Source of the DNA: an uncultured Acidobacteriota bacterium
Lineage (GTDB): Bacteria; Acidobacteriota; Vicinamibacteria; Vicinamibacterales; UBA2999
Direction of reading: 5' to 3'
DNA length: 64,000 bases
NCBI GenBank assembly: GCA_963741135.1
Contig: CAVUHC010000004.1
Location: 60,215 to 124,214 of the forward strand
Shown: positions 26,569 through 35,543 of the stretch, piece after piece
How the letters are laid out: every line of letters begins with the position of its first letter
Numbering within the stretch: position 1 is the stretch's first letter
The notes under the pieces: model-generated
Told to the model about the DNA's origin: nothing
What the model saw: the letters and a program-made list of their open reading frames with translations, nothing else
Databases searched by the model: none
Program-made: the position numbers and the translations under genes

Positions 26569-28313
26569 TTCTCGGCATCAACGCGTACCACGGCGACGTG
26601 GCCGCCGCGATCCTGCGCGACGGAGAGCTCGTCGCCGCCGTCGAAGAGGAGCGCTTCCGGCGCGTCAAGCATTACGCCGGCTTTCCGCGCGACGCGATTC
26701 GCGCGTGCCTCGCGATGGCGGGCGCCGAGGCGAGAGAGGTGGACGCGTTCGCCGTCTCGCGCAATCCCAGGGCACACCTGTGGCGCAAAGGCCTGTTCGC
26801 GCTGCGCCATCGACCGAGTCCGTCCTTGATCCGCGATCGCGCTGCCAATGCGATGTCCGTGTCCCACATTGCGCAGACGTGCGCCGAGGCCATGGGCCTC
26901 GACCGCTCGCACGTCTCCGCGCGAATGCACTACGTCGAGCACCACGCCGCGCACCTGGCGAGCAGCTACTTCGCGAGCCCGTTCGAGGACGCCGCCGTCT
27001 GCGCGATCGACGGGTTCGGGGACTTCGTCAGCACGTCCACAGGCGTCGGGCGCGGTTCGGTCCTCACAATCCAGAATCGCGTCTTCTTTCCGCACTCTCT
27101 CGGGCTGTTGTACCTGGCGATCACCCAGTTCCTTGGATTCCCGAAGTACGGCGACGAGTTCAAGGTGATGGGGCTCGCGCCGTACGGTGAACCTCGCTTC
27201 ACCGACAAGCTGCGCCAGCTCGTGCACGTTGACGGACGTGGGCAGCTTCGCCTCGATCTGTCGTACTTCACGCACGCGTCGGGCGGAATGACGATGACGT
27301 GGGCGGATGGCGAGCCGGAGATCGGCAAGGTATTCACGCCAAAGCTCGATGCGCTGCTGGGCCCCGCCCGCCGTCCGGAGGACGCGCTGGATGCCCGCCA
27401 CGAGGCACTCGCGGCATCGCTGCAGCGCGTGTACGAGGAGGCGGCGTTCTCGGTGCTGCGGTCGTTGCACTCGCGCGTCCGCAATCCGCGGCTCTGCCTT
27501 GCCGGCGGCTGCGCCATGAACAGCGTTGCCAACGGAAAGATCCGCTCGGAGACACCGTTCAGCGACATCTATATTCAACCCGCCTCAGGTGACAACGGCA
27601 CCGCGCTCGGCGCGGCGCTGCACGTCTGGCACAAGGGTGGAGGCGAGCACCGGTTCCAGATGCGGCATGGCTACTGGGGTCCGCAGTTCGATGACCGCGA
27701 GATCGCCGCCGCGATCGACACGCGAAGCCGCGATCTGGAAGCCAAGCGCTGCACCCGCACGCAGATCCCGAGCCAGGAGGACCTGTGCGAATGGACTGCG
27801 TCGCGCATTGCCGCGGGGCAGGTCGTCGGCTGGTTCCAGGGCCGGATGGAATGGGGTGCGCGCGCGCTGGGCAATCGCAGCATCCTTGCGGATCCGCGCC
27901 GCCGCGACATGCGGGAGATCATCAACGTCCGGATCAAGTTCCGCGAGAAGTTCCGCCCTTTCGCGCCGTCGGTGGCCGTCGAGGCGCTCGACGACTACTT
28001 CGTTGGCGCGGTGCATGACCCTTTCATGATGCAGGTCTATCCCGTTCGTCCGGACAAGCGTGAGGTGATTCCGGCGGTGACTCACGTTGACGGTTCGGGG
28101 CGTCTGCAGACGGTGAGCCGCGAGACGAACCTCCTGTACTGGTCCCTGATTCACGCCTTCGGCCGGAAGACCGGCGTGCCAATCCTGCTGAACACATCGT
28201 TCAACGAGAACGAGCCGATCGTGCTGACCCCGGGCGAGGCGCTCGGCTGCTTTCTGCGCACGGACATGGACGTGCTCGTCATGGGGTCGCACGTCCTGGA
28301 GAAGATTTCTTGA
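26562..28313 (+). CDS. carbamoyltransferase (NodU/CmcH family)
   Basis: MLILGINAYHGDVAAAILRDGELVAAVEEERFRRVKH..., LAGGCAMNSVANGKI, YIQPASGDNGTALGAA, HVDGSGRLQTV and LLNTSFNENEPIV are canonical NodU/CmcH blocks. Confidence 0.9.
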   Translation: MLILGINAYHGDVAAAILRDGELVAAVEEERFRRVKHYAGFPRDAIRACLAMAGAEAREVDAFAVSRNPRAHLWRKGLFALRHRPSPSLIRDRAANAMSVSHIAQTCAEAMGLDRSHVSARMHYVEHHAAHLASSYFASPFEDAAVCAIDGFGDFVSTSTGVGRGSVLTIQNRVFFPHSLGLLYLAITQFLGFPKYGDEFKVMGLAPYGEPRFTDKLRQLVHVDGRGQLRLDLSYFTHASGGMTMTWADGEPEIGKVFTPKLDALLGPARRPEDALDARHEALAASLQRVYEEAAFSVLRSLHSRVRNPRLCLAGGCAMNSVANGKIRSETPFSDIYIQPASGDNGTALGAALHVWHKGGGEHRFQMRHGYWGPQFDDREIAAAIDTRSRDLEAKRCTRTQIPSQEDLCEWTASRIAAGQVVGWFQGRMEWGARALGNRSILADPRRRDMREIINVRIKFREKFRPFAPSVAVEALDDYFVGAVHDPFMMQVYPVRPDKREVIPAVTHVDGSGRLQTVSRETNLLYWSLIHAFGRKTGVPILLNTSFNENEPIVLTPGEALGCFLRTDMDVLVMGSHVLEKIS

Positions 28314-28388
28314 ACCACGAAGGTCGCGAATGTCACGAAGACAAGGTTGTACTTCGTGTTCTTCGCGGTCGTCGTGGTTGACATTGCG

Positions 28389-29597
28389 ATGCACGTCTGC
28401 TTCTTCAATCGATCCTACTGGCCTGACCTCAGCGCCACCGGTCAGTTGCTCACCGAGCTCGCCGAAGACCTGGTCCGCGTGCATGGCTGGGATGTGACGG
28501 TCGTCACCGGCTACCCGCTACGTTCCGATGCGCGGCTGCCCGGTTCCGAGTGGCGCCACGGCGTGCACATCGTCAGGGGCACCGGATCGACGCTGGATCC
28601 GAGCCGCTTCACGGGACGCGCGGCTAACTATGTGACCTATTTCGCTTCGGCCGTCCTCAAAGGACAGGGCGTCCGGCGGCCCGACGTCGTGGTGGCGTTG
28701 ACCGATCCACCAATCATCGGTCTCGCAGCGCTCGCGGCAGCCGCCCGGGCGCGGGCGCCGTTCGTGTTTCTGTGCGAGGACATCTTTCCTGAAGTCGCCG
28801 TGCTCCTCGAGGATTTTCGGAGCGGCATCGTCAACGACGCGCTGACGCAGGTGAATCGATTTCTGGTGCGAAAGGCCGCCCGGATCGTCGCGCTTGGCGA
28901 CACGATGAAGCGGCGGCTTGTCGAGGGGAAGGGCGCGGATCCGTCGAAGGTCACCGTGATTCACAACTGGACCGACTGTCGCGCGATGACGCCGGGCCCC
29001 CGCGACAACGCGTTCGCCCGGCAGCATGGGCTCGTGGACCGTTTTGTCGTGCTGCACGCCGGCAACATCGGTCTTTCGCAGAACCTCGAAATCATCCTGC
29101 ACGCGGCCGAGCAGCTGCGCGACCGCCCCGATATCGTGTTCGTGCTCGTCGGCGAAGGGTCGAAGAAGCGCGACCTGCAGGACGTGGCGGCGAGGCGTGA
29201 CCTCCGCAACGTCCTGTTCCTGCCGTTCCAGCCGCGCGAGATGATGGACCAGTCGTACGCCACTGCGGACGTGTCGCTGATCTCGCTGAAGTGTGGCCTC
29301 GCAGGCGTGATCGTGCCGAGCAAGCTTTACAGCGTGCTGGCGTCGGGACGACCGTGCATTGCCGCGGTCGAGCAGGACTGCGAGGTGGCGCAGATCGTCG
29401 AGGAGGCGGGTTGCGGGTTCGTGGTCGGCCCGGGGGATGCCTCTGCTCTGTGCGCACGCGTGGTGGAGATCGCATCCGATCCGTCCCGCGCCCATCAGAT
29501 GGGGGAACGCGCGCGTGAAGCGGCGCTCCAGTTCGATCGTCCCCGTCAGGTGGCGGCGTACGATGTGCTCTTGCGAGAGGTGGCCGCCGCGTGTTGA
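28389..29597 (+). CDS. glycosyltransferase family 4 (WcaI-like)
   Basis: ATG at 28389 gives MHVCFFNRSYWPDLSATGQLLTELAEDL. GNIGLSQNLE... and SLKCGLAGVIVPSKLYSVLASGRPCIA. Confidence 0.8.
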   Translation: MHVCFFNRSYWPDLSATGQLLTELAEDLVRVHGWDVTVVTGYPLRSDARLPGSEWRHGVHIVRGTGSTLDPSRFTGRAANYVTYFASAVLKGQGVRRPDVVVALTDPPIIGLAALAAAARARAPFVFLCEDIFPEVAVLLEDFRSGIVNDALTQVNRFLVRKAARIVALGDTMKRRLVEGKGADPSKVTVIHNWTDCRAMTPGPRDNAFARQHGLVDRFVVLHAGNIGLSQNLEIILHAAEQLRDRPDIVFVLVGEGSKKRDLQDVAARRDLRNVLFLPFQPREMMDQSYATADVSLISLKCGLAGVIVPSKLYSVLASGRPCIAAVEQDCEVAQIVEEAGCGFVVGPGDASALCARVVEIASDPSRAHQMGERAREAALQFDRPRQVAAYDVLLREVAAAC

Positions 29598-30193
29598 AGC
29601 GCGCGTTCGACGTGCTGTTGTCTGGAACAGGCCTTGTCATCTCGGCCCCGCTGTGGGTCGTGATCGCGACGGCACTAAAGCTCGAAGACGGCGGCCCGGT
29701 GCTGTTTTTCCAGGATCGTGTCGGCCTTGGCGGATCGACGTTCCGCGCGCTGAAGTTCCGCTCCATGGTTCCGGACGCATCAACCCGTCCCCCGCGCCAG
29801 GCTGAAGAAGACGACCCACGCATCACGCGCGTTGGACGGGTGCTTCGCGCGACCGCGATGGACGAACTGCCGCAGTTGGTCAACATCTTCCGCGGCGACA
29901 TGAGCTTTGTCGGACCGAGACCCCTGATGCCGGGCGAGATCGAGCTCCGCGGGGCAGCAGAGCTGGTGCGTCTCGAGACGATTCCCGGATACGACGCACG
30001 CCATTCGGTGCGGCCTGGATTGACCGGCTTGACGCAGGTCTACGCTCCGCGCGATACCCCGCGGACCCGGAAGTTCCGTCTCGACGCCATCTACGTCCGC
30101 AACGCGAGCTTCTGCCTCGACGTCTTCCTTGTCGCGGTGTCGATCTGGATCACCTTCCGCGGCCGGTGGGAAGTCCGGGCGCGAAAGCTCTAA
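29591..30193 (+). CDS. undecaprenyl-phosphate sugar-phosphotransferase (small Bac_transf type, priming enzyme)
   Basis: KRAFDVLLSGTGLVISAPLWVVIA (a single TM), KFRSM, DELPQLVNIFRGDMSFVGPRP and LTGLTQV. Confidence 0.9.
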   Translation: MLKRAFDVLLSGTGLVISAPLWVVIATALKLEDGGPVLFFQDRVGLGGSTFRALKFRSMVPDASTRPPRQAEEDDPRITRVGRVLRATAMDELPQLVNIFRGDMSFVGPRPLMPGEIELRGAAELVRLETIPGYDARHSVRPGLTGLTQVYAPRDTPRTRKFRLDAIYVRNASFCLDVFLVAVSIWITFRGRWEVRARKL

Positions 30194-30251
30194 CGGCCCG
30201 TATAATGAACCCGCCCGCAGCGGCGAGGGCTGCCTGCGGACACAAGCTGAC

Positions 30252-31415
30252 ATGCTCGACGTAGCGGTCATCGGAGGCGGTCCCGGCGGACTGCACGCCG
30301 CGTTCCTCCTCGCCAGAGCCGGCTTCGCGGTGACTCTTTTCGAGGAACACGACGAGGTCGGACAGCCGGTGCACTGCACGGGCGTGCTCGCCGACGACGC
30401 GTTCGGTGAGTTCGAGCTGACGCGTGCGTCGGTGCTCAACACGCTGTCCACCGCGAGATTCTTTTCGCCGTCCGGCTTCGAGATCTCCTACACAACCCCC
30501 GCGATCGAGGCCCACGTCGTCGACCGCCGCATGCTCGATCAGACGATCGCGCAGCGCGCCATCCTCGCTGGTGTCGAGATGCGTCCAGGCTGCCGCGTGC
30601 GCAATCTCGAGCCGTCGCCTGGTGGCATGCGTCTCGACATCGAGGGTGACAAGCCGGTTCATGCCCGGGCCGTTGTGCTGGCGTGCGGCGCCAGCTACGG
30701 GCTCCAGCGCCGCTTCGGCCTCGGCATGCCGCCCGTGTCGCTCAACTCCGCGCAGCTCGAACTCCCGGCGTCGCGCAGCGGTGACGTGGAGGTCTATTTC
30801 GGCGGTGACGTCGCGCCTGGTGGCTTCGCGTGGACCGTCCCGGTCACCAGGTCGGGAGGACCCTTTGTGCGGGTCGGCCTGATGTGCGAAGGCGACGCGT
30901 CGATGTTCTTCCATCAATTCGTCAGCCGCGTCGGCGCGTCGTGGGGGATCGCGCCGGAGTCCATCTCCGAGCCTCGCCGACGGTTCCTGCCGTTGTCGAC
31001 GCTGCCGCGGACATTTGCGTCGCGGCTGCTCGTGGTGGGCGACGCGGCGGGACTCGTGAAGCCAACGACCGGGGGGGGCATTTACTACAGCCTCGTCAGC
31101 GCGACGCTCGCAGCGGAGACGTTGATCCCCGCGTTGCGCCGCGACCAGCTCGACGCCGACACGCTGTCCGCGTATCAGCAGCGGTGGCGCGAGCGGCTCG
31201 GGCCCGAGTTCCAGGCGCAGCTCGCGCTCCGGATGCTGGCCCAGCGCCTGACCGATCCGGAAATCGATTCACTGTTCGATCTCGCCCGCACCAACGGCGT
31301 GATGCCGCTGGTCCGACGAACCGCGAAATTCAACCAGCATCGACATCTCATCGCGGAGCTGTTCCGCCATGCTCCTGCGCGTCGGCTGCTGTTCCGCCGC
31401 CTCGTCGCCGTATGA
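30252..31415 (+). CDS. geranylgeranyl reductase family FAD-dependent oxidoreductase
   Basis: MLDVAVIGGGPGGLHAAFLLARAG (dinucleotide fold) and VVGDAAGLVKPTTGGGIYYSLVSATLAAE (the GGR-family GDAAG motif). Confidence 0.75.
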   Translation: MLDVAVIGGGPGGLHAAFLLARAGFAVTLFEEHDEVGQPVHCTGVLADDAFGEFELTRASVLNTLSTARFFSPSGFEISYTTPAIEAHVVDRRMLDQTIAQRAILAGVEMRPGCRVRNLEPSPGGMRLDIEGDKPVHARAVVLACGASYGLQRRFGLGMPPVSLNSAQLELPASRSGDVEVYFGGDVAPGGFAWTVPVTRSGGPFVRVGLMCEGDASMFFHQFVSRVGASWGIAPESISEPRRRFLPLSTLPRTFASRLLVVGDAAGLVKPTTGGGIYYSLVSATLAAETLIPALRRDQLDADTLSAYQQRWRERLGPEFQAQLALRMLAQRLTDPEIDSLFDLARTNGVMPLVRRTAKFNQHRHLIAELFRHAPARRLLFRRLVAV

Positions 31416-31485
31416 CACAGGTGTCCAACGACGCCCGTCTCGAGGTTTCCGTGGCGTTGTAGGCTTTTCGCTGCGCGGCGATCTG

Positions 31486-31519
31486 AAAAAGGGCTCCGGC
31501 AAATCCCGGAGCCCTTTTT
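31486..31519. terminator. bidirectional intrinsic terminator closing the EPS operon
   Basis: aaaaa GGGCTCCGG caaatc CCGGAGCCC ttttt. Perfect 9-bp GC-rich stem, 6-nt loop, flanked by an A5 run and a T5 run. Confidence 0.75.
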
Positions 31520-31580
31520 GTGTACCGTGAAACCGCGACTGTTCCTTGCCAGGACACGATCGCGTGAGCTTGCGATAATC

Positions 31581-32351
31581 ATGACTATCCCGATGGCATT
31601 CCTATCTCGCGCATTCAACGGCTGTGGGCGCCTGCTGGAAAGTGCCTCCCGCTTCTGCCTGTACACGAGCGCCGCTCTTATGCCGCTGGCGCAGATGCGC
31701 GAAGGGGTCAGCCCAGCCTGGAACGATTTCGTTGCTGACGAACGCGAGATCGGCGGCGGATTGGCGTGGTGGGAGAGCAGGGTGGCGGATGAGTACGTGA
31801 AGTTGGGCGATCGGATCCTGGTGATCGGCTGCGGCAGCGGACGGGACGTCGTTGCCTTTCTCGAGCGCGGATGTGTCGTAACCGGGATTGATCCCGCCGA
31901 AGGTGCACTCAGTCGTGCACGGGCCTATCTGAAAAAACATGGAGGAGAGGCCACCCTCGAATGCGGGTTTTTCGAGGATTGGAACCGCGAGCAGGTGTTC
32001 GACGTTGTCTGGTTTTCGTGGTTTGTGTACGGGTATGTGCCGGATTCGAAGCGCCGTATCCAGATGTTGAAACAGGCCTCACGGAATGTCTCCCCCGACG
32101 GTTGCGTGGTCGTCAGTTATCCGACGAATCCGCCACGCAGTCGTGCGGCTGCGTTGGCTCGGTTCGCGCAACGGTTGTGGAGAAGCGACTGGACGCTCGA
32201 GGAAGGCGACGTCATCGGACGGGCCGCGGGCACCGGTCTGCTCACCTATGAACACCGGTTTACAAGAGCGCAGATCGAACAGGAAACTCGCGCCGCCGGT
32301 TTCCGTCCGGTGCTATTCGCCGACCCGATCGTCGTCCTCAGGCACGCCTGA
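31581..32351 (+). CDS. class I SAM-dependent methyltransferase
   Basis: ATG at 31581. ILVIGCGSGRDVVAFLERGCVVTGIDPAEGAL (motifs I/II) and VSPDGCVVVSY. Confidence 0.75.
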   Translation: MTIPMAFLSRAFNGCGRLLESASRFCLYTSAALMPLAQMREGVSPAWNDFVADEREIGGGLAWWESRVADEYVKLGDRILVIGCGSGRDVVAFLERGCVVTGIDPAEGALSRARAYLKKHGGEATLECGFFEDWNREQVFDVVWFSWFVYGYVPDSKRRIQMLKQASRNVSPDGCVVVSYPTNPPRSRAAALARFAQRLWRSDWTLEEGDVIGRAAGTGLLTYEHRFTRAQIEQETRAAGFRPVLFADPIVVLRHA

Positions 32352-33462
32352 ACCATTTTGGCGCACCGCGCGCGATCCGCGCGACGTACGCCAGCGGAAG
32401 GAGCACCGGCGGCCAGCGAGGGTGCCGGGCGCGCATGTAGACGGTCGATGGAAAGAGATGGTCTCCAATCAGATGAAGACGATCGAGCCAGGGGAGCGTC
32501 CTCAGATCGGTGCCGAGCGCTGTTATCGGGCGAACACCTCCCAGGAAGCTCGACGATGGTTCCGCCTTCGAGCTGGCACGGGCGTTCTCTAAGCGCGCCG
32601 CTACTTCCGCCGCGCCGGGCGTTCCAAACAGATCGCTCGCAAGGTGAAGACCCCGACCACAGATCGCCCGCATGCCAGTGCGCTCTGCCAGTGCAATGAA
32701 GCGTTCTCGGTCATCCGTGGACACGCGTTCCATCAGGAGATGGATGTCCCACAACCAGAGAAGATCGATCGCGTCGGCGTGATGCGCAACGCGATGCAGG
32801 CAGGCGACGAAGAGCGCGTCCACATACCCCGGCGTGCGTACGTCAGCGCCAAGCGCCGCAATACCAACGGCGCGGGATTCGAGCTCATCGAACGTCAGCG
32901 CGTCCGCGAACAGGCGTGGGTTGGCAATCTTCCAGTGAAGGTCGAGGTGATAGAGCACGGTGGCGGGCCCGCGCTTCACGTAATGCCGCTGCGGTTCGGA
33001 CAGCTCTGAATCGCGCTCGGGTGGCCGCTCCCAGCCACGCGCCGCGAGCACCCTCTCAGCGTCGCCGAGCGTGTCGCGCCTGATCAAGACATCGACATCA
33101 AGACGCGGCCGGAGGTGCGGTTCCGGGTAAACCGTGTACGCAAGCCCGGTCCCTTTGAGTAGAAGGACGGCCACGTTGCTGCCAACGAGCGAGTCGAGCA
33201 GCTCGCGCAAGGCCTCCTCGTGCCACCCGTTCAGTGCCGCTGCGACCGTGAGATCCCGGGCAAGCGACACGCCTTCATGCGTCCGGCGCTCCTCCTCTGA
33301 CAGGCGGGTTGCCAGCAGCAGGTGCACTCGGTGCCGCCGCGCGGCGCGGGCAAGTCCTGGCGTGAGCAGCGCCGCGCCACCTGCGATTCGCGAGCACAGG
33401 CCCCGTTCCTCCGCGGTCACGGCCTCATTATCCACGGCCCATCCCGAATGAAGGTGTCCCAC
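32338..33462 (-). CDS. nucleotidyltransferase family protein (NTP_transf_5-like)
   Basis: EPHLRPRLDVDVLIRRDTLGDAERVLAARGWE and LDLHWKIANP resemble the uncharacterised-nucleotidyltransferase family that accompanies HprK-like kinases and PqqD proteins. The tracked ORF runs to 33561, but 33483-33561 belongs to a segment duplicated at 35428, where no such gene exists. GTG at 33462 is therefore preferred; the start remains uncertain. Confidence 0.6.
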   Translation of the reverse strand: MGHLHSGWAVDNEAVTAEERGLCSRIAGGAALLTPGLARAARRHRVHLLLATRLSEEERRTHEGVSLARDLTVAAALNGWHEEALRELLDSLVGSNVAVLLLKGTGLAYTVYPEPHLRPRLDVDVLIRRDTLGDAERVLAARGWERPPERDSELSEPQRHYVKRGPATVLYHLDLHWKIANPRLFADALTFDELESRAVGIAALGADVRTPGYVDALFVACLHRVAHHADAIDLLWLWDIHLLMERVSTDDRERFIALAERTGMRAICGRGLHLASDLFGTPGAAEVAARLENARASSKAEPSSSFLGGVRPITALGTDLRTLPWLDRLHLIGDHLFPSTVYMRARHPRWPPVLLPLAYVARIARGAPKWFRRA

Positions 33463-33482
33463 CAGAACGAATCTGTCTCGAT

Positions 33483-33595
33483 CGTGTTCTCTGGTGGAAC
33501 ATGCAGCGGTGCAAGAGCGTGCAGAAGCAGGCTGTTTGTCGCAATTCGAGCAGGCCTCCACATTGCTCTAGGACTCATGCGTCCCCGAAGGAGTT
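33483..33595 (+). repeat. duplicated 5' leader/promoter segment, copy A (upstream of paralog A)
   Basis: cgtgttc.ctggtggaacatgcag...gcaagagcgtgcagaagcaggctgtttgtcgca...gcaggcctccacattgctcta..actcatgcgtcccc..ggagttgtg aligns with 35428-35543 with a few substitutions and three 1-nt indels. It ends in the SD GAAGGAG. Confidence 0.8.
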
Positions 33596-35329
33596 GTGTT
33601 GAAGAAGACATTGGCGAAGATTGCGGTCGCGGCGGCGGTCCTGGTGGCCGTTGCTGCCATCACGACGATAGACGGGCAGGCCCAGAGCCGGACGACGCGT
33701 CGTGGTGGACCGCGGGATTGGTCCACCGGCCGCCTGATCGGGTCGAGCATCGGTCCCGACATGGGTGCCAGGCTCGATCGCGACTGGCGCACGTACTCGA
33801 AGCAGGTTCGTCTCGAGCACGCGCGAGCGCTGCGGGACGCGCAGAATCAGCCTCTCCTCGACTGGTTCAATCAGGTCAAGCAGGTCTTCGGGCCCAAGAA
33901 GCCTCAAGAGTACGCCTCGCATCTGGATTGGAATCTCAGGACCGGTGGTTACGGCAACGTCGTTGGTGCGCCAGCCAAATACAGCTTCGACATTACGGCG
34001 GCCAATTGCAGCGACGTGATCTACTTCACTGTCGATCAGAACGGCGCGGCCGCGACACCGAATGTCATCGCGATCACGAACCCCTACGCTGGTTGCCCTG
34101 GCAACGCGGCGGGTGCAACGCCGACCGTCAAGTGGGGCATTCGCATGACGAACGGCACCGCGACGTCCGCGGTCCCCAGCCTGGACGGTACCGTCCTCTA
34201 CGTGCTCGAGAACCGGGCCGCTGGCGTTCGCCTGCACGCGATCAACGTCAATAACATTACGACGAATCCCGGCACGTACAACTTCAGTACCCAGGTATGG
34301 TCGAACGCGCACGTGCTTTCGGCGTCGCCCATCGGCACCGGGACGAGCGAACAACTCTTTCAGATCACCTTCGCGGGTGTCGTGAACAACGTGGCCTCGC
34401 CGTATCTCGACTACAGCGGCAATCAAATCTTCTTTGGAGATTCGGTGGGACGGATTCAGCACGTCATCAACACGCATCTTGCGACCGCGTCGAGAGACAC
34501 GACGAATTTTACGGACACGTGCGGGACGTCGCAGCTGCAGTCCCCGGTGTTCTACAACGATCAGGTGATTGTCACCAGCTACAACGGCTATCTCTATCGG
34601 ATGAACACCACGTCCGGGTCGCCGTACAACTGCCTCAGGGCGGCGCGGAGCGGATCTGGGTCCGGCGTCGCCGGCGCGCTCTCAGCGCCGATCATCGACG
34701 TCACCAACGACCAGATCATCGTCAGCACGAACAACGCCGCAGGGTCCACGACGGCGGCAATTGATGCATTCGATCTCATGTTTTCCTGGGGTGATTCGGA
34801 GACCTCGAGCCAGGCGCTGGGACCGGAGACGACGACAGCGCCGACCGGCGGCACGTTCGATGACGCGTTCTGGTCGACGGGCAGCGGCAATTTCTATGCG
34901 GTCGCGGCGAACGCCAGCAGCAGCAACACCTATCTGGTTCGTCTCCCGTACAACGGCTCCTTCGGCGCCCCATCAGGCTACGCCCAGTTGCATCGCAGCG
35001 GCGGCGGCGCGGTCGTGGACGCCAGCCCCGTCACTGAGTTCCTCACGGCCAGCTCGCTGGCGAACAAGGATTTCGTGTTCGTCGGCGGCGGCGGAGGGAC
35101 CTACCTGTTCATGAACCGCATCGGGGCAGGCTTCGGCGGAACCAACAACTCCCCGTCGAGTATGGCCAATTGGTTCGCGGCGCCGGGCGGCGTGATTTCC
35201 CAGATCATCATCGACACGAGAACGACGGCGATCACCGGCTCGACGGCGACCGCCAACATCTATTACGGCACGATGGGCGTGCCCTCGACGGTGCAGAGCA
35301 CGATCGTTCAGCTCGCGCAGCAGTTCTAA
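33596..35329 (+). CDS. secreted 577-aa protein, paralog A (beta-propeller-like; function unknown)
   Basis: GTG at 33596 follows GAAGGAG. Signal peptide LKKTLAKIAVAAAVLVAVAAITTIDGQAQ. N/G/T/S-rich body with propeller-like strands (DGTVLYVLEN, DQVIVTSYNGYLYRMN). The C-terminus ends ...IVQLAQQF. Confidence 0.7.
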   Translation: MLKKTLAKIAVAAAVLVAVAAITTIDGQAQSRTTRRGGPRDWSTGRLIGSSIGPDMGARLDRDWRTYSKQVRLEHARALRDAQNQPLLDWFNQVKQVFGPKKPQEYASHLDWNLRTGGYGNVVGAPAKYSFDITAANCSDVIYFTVDQNGAAATPNVIAITNPYAGCPGNAAGATPTVKWGIRMTNGTATSAVPSLDGTVLYVLENRAAGVRLHAINVNNITTNPGTYNFSTQVWSNAHVLSASPIGTGTSEQLFQITFAGVVNNVASPYLDYSGNQIFFGDSVGRIQHVINTHLATASRDTTNFTDTCGTSQLQSPVFYNDQVIVTSYNGYLYRMNTTSGSPYNCLRAARSGSGSGVAGALSAPIIDVTNDQIIVSTNNAAGSTTAAIDAFDLMFSWGDSETSSQALGPETTTAPTGGTFDDAFWSTGSGNFYAVAANASSSNTYLVRLPYNGSFGAPSGYAQLHRSGGGAVVDASPVTEFLTASSLANKDFVFVGGGGGTYLFMNRIGAGFGGTNNSPSSMANWFAAPGGVISQIIIDTRTTAITGSTATANIYYGTMGVPSTVQSTIVQLAQQF

Positions 35330-35427
35330 GCGGTTTATCGTCAACGCAGGCTTCCCGCTACTCGCATGCCGCCATCCGTCTGCGGTCAGGCCTTGTCCAT
35401 GCTTCATCCTTGACGAATGTGCTCCTG

Positions 35428-35543
35428 CGTGTTCGCTGGTGGAACATGCAGAGGGCGCAAGAGCGTGCAGAAGCAGGCTGTTTGTCGCATTCCGAAGCAG
35501 GCCTCCACATTGCTCTAGAACTCATGCGTCCCCAAATGGAGTT
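35428..35543 (+). repeat. duplicated 5' leader/promoter segment, copy B (upstream of paralog B)
   Basis: Aligns with 33483-33595 (see copy A). Confidence 0.8.

Noticed and set aside
30201-30206. Perfect TATAAT hexamer between the sugar transferase and the GGR-like gene, as an internal promoter
   Set aside because: No convincing -35 or extended -10 element sits at the right spacing. A lone hexamer in a 58-nt gap is weak evidence. It is mentioned only as a caveat to the operon assignment.
954-31415. PEP-CTERM/exosortase-type EPS locus
   Set aside because: The AsnB paralogs, OM barrel, Wza and Wzc are reminiscent of such loci. However, I found no exosortase-like membrane protein and no PEP-CTERM sorting signal in any translated product in this window.
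33488-33515. Possible sigma-54 promoter (TGGAAC...TGCA) in the duplicated leader
   Set aside because: The GG-to-GC spacing does not fit GG-N10-GC in either copy, and no TTGC element sits at the right distance.
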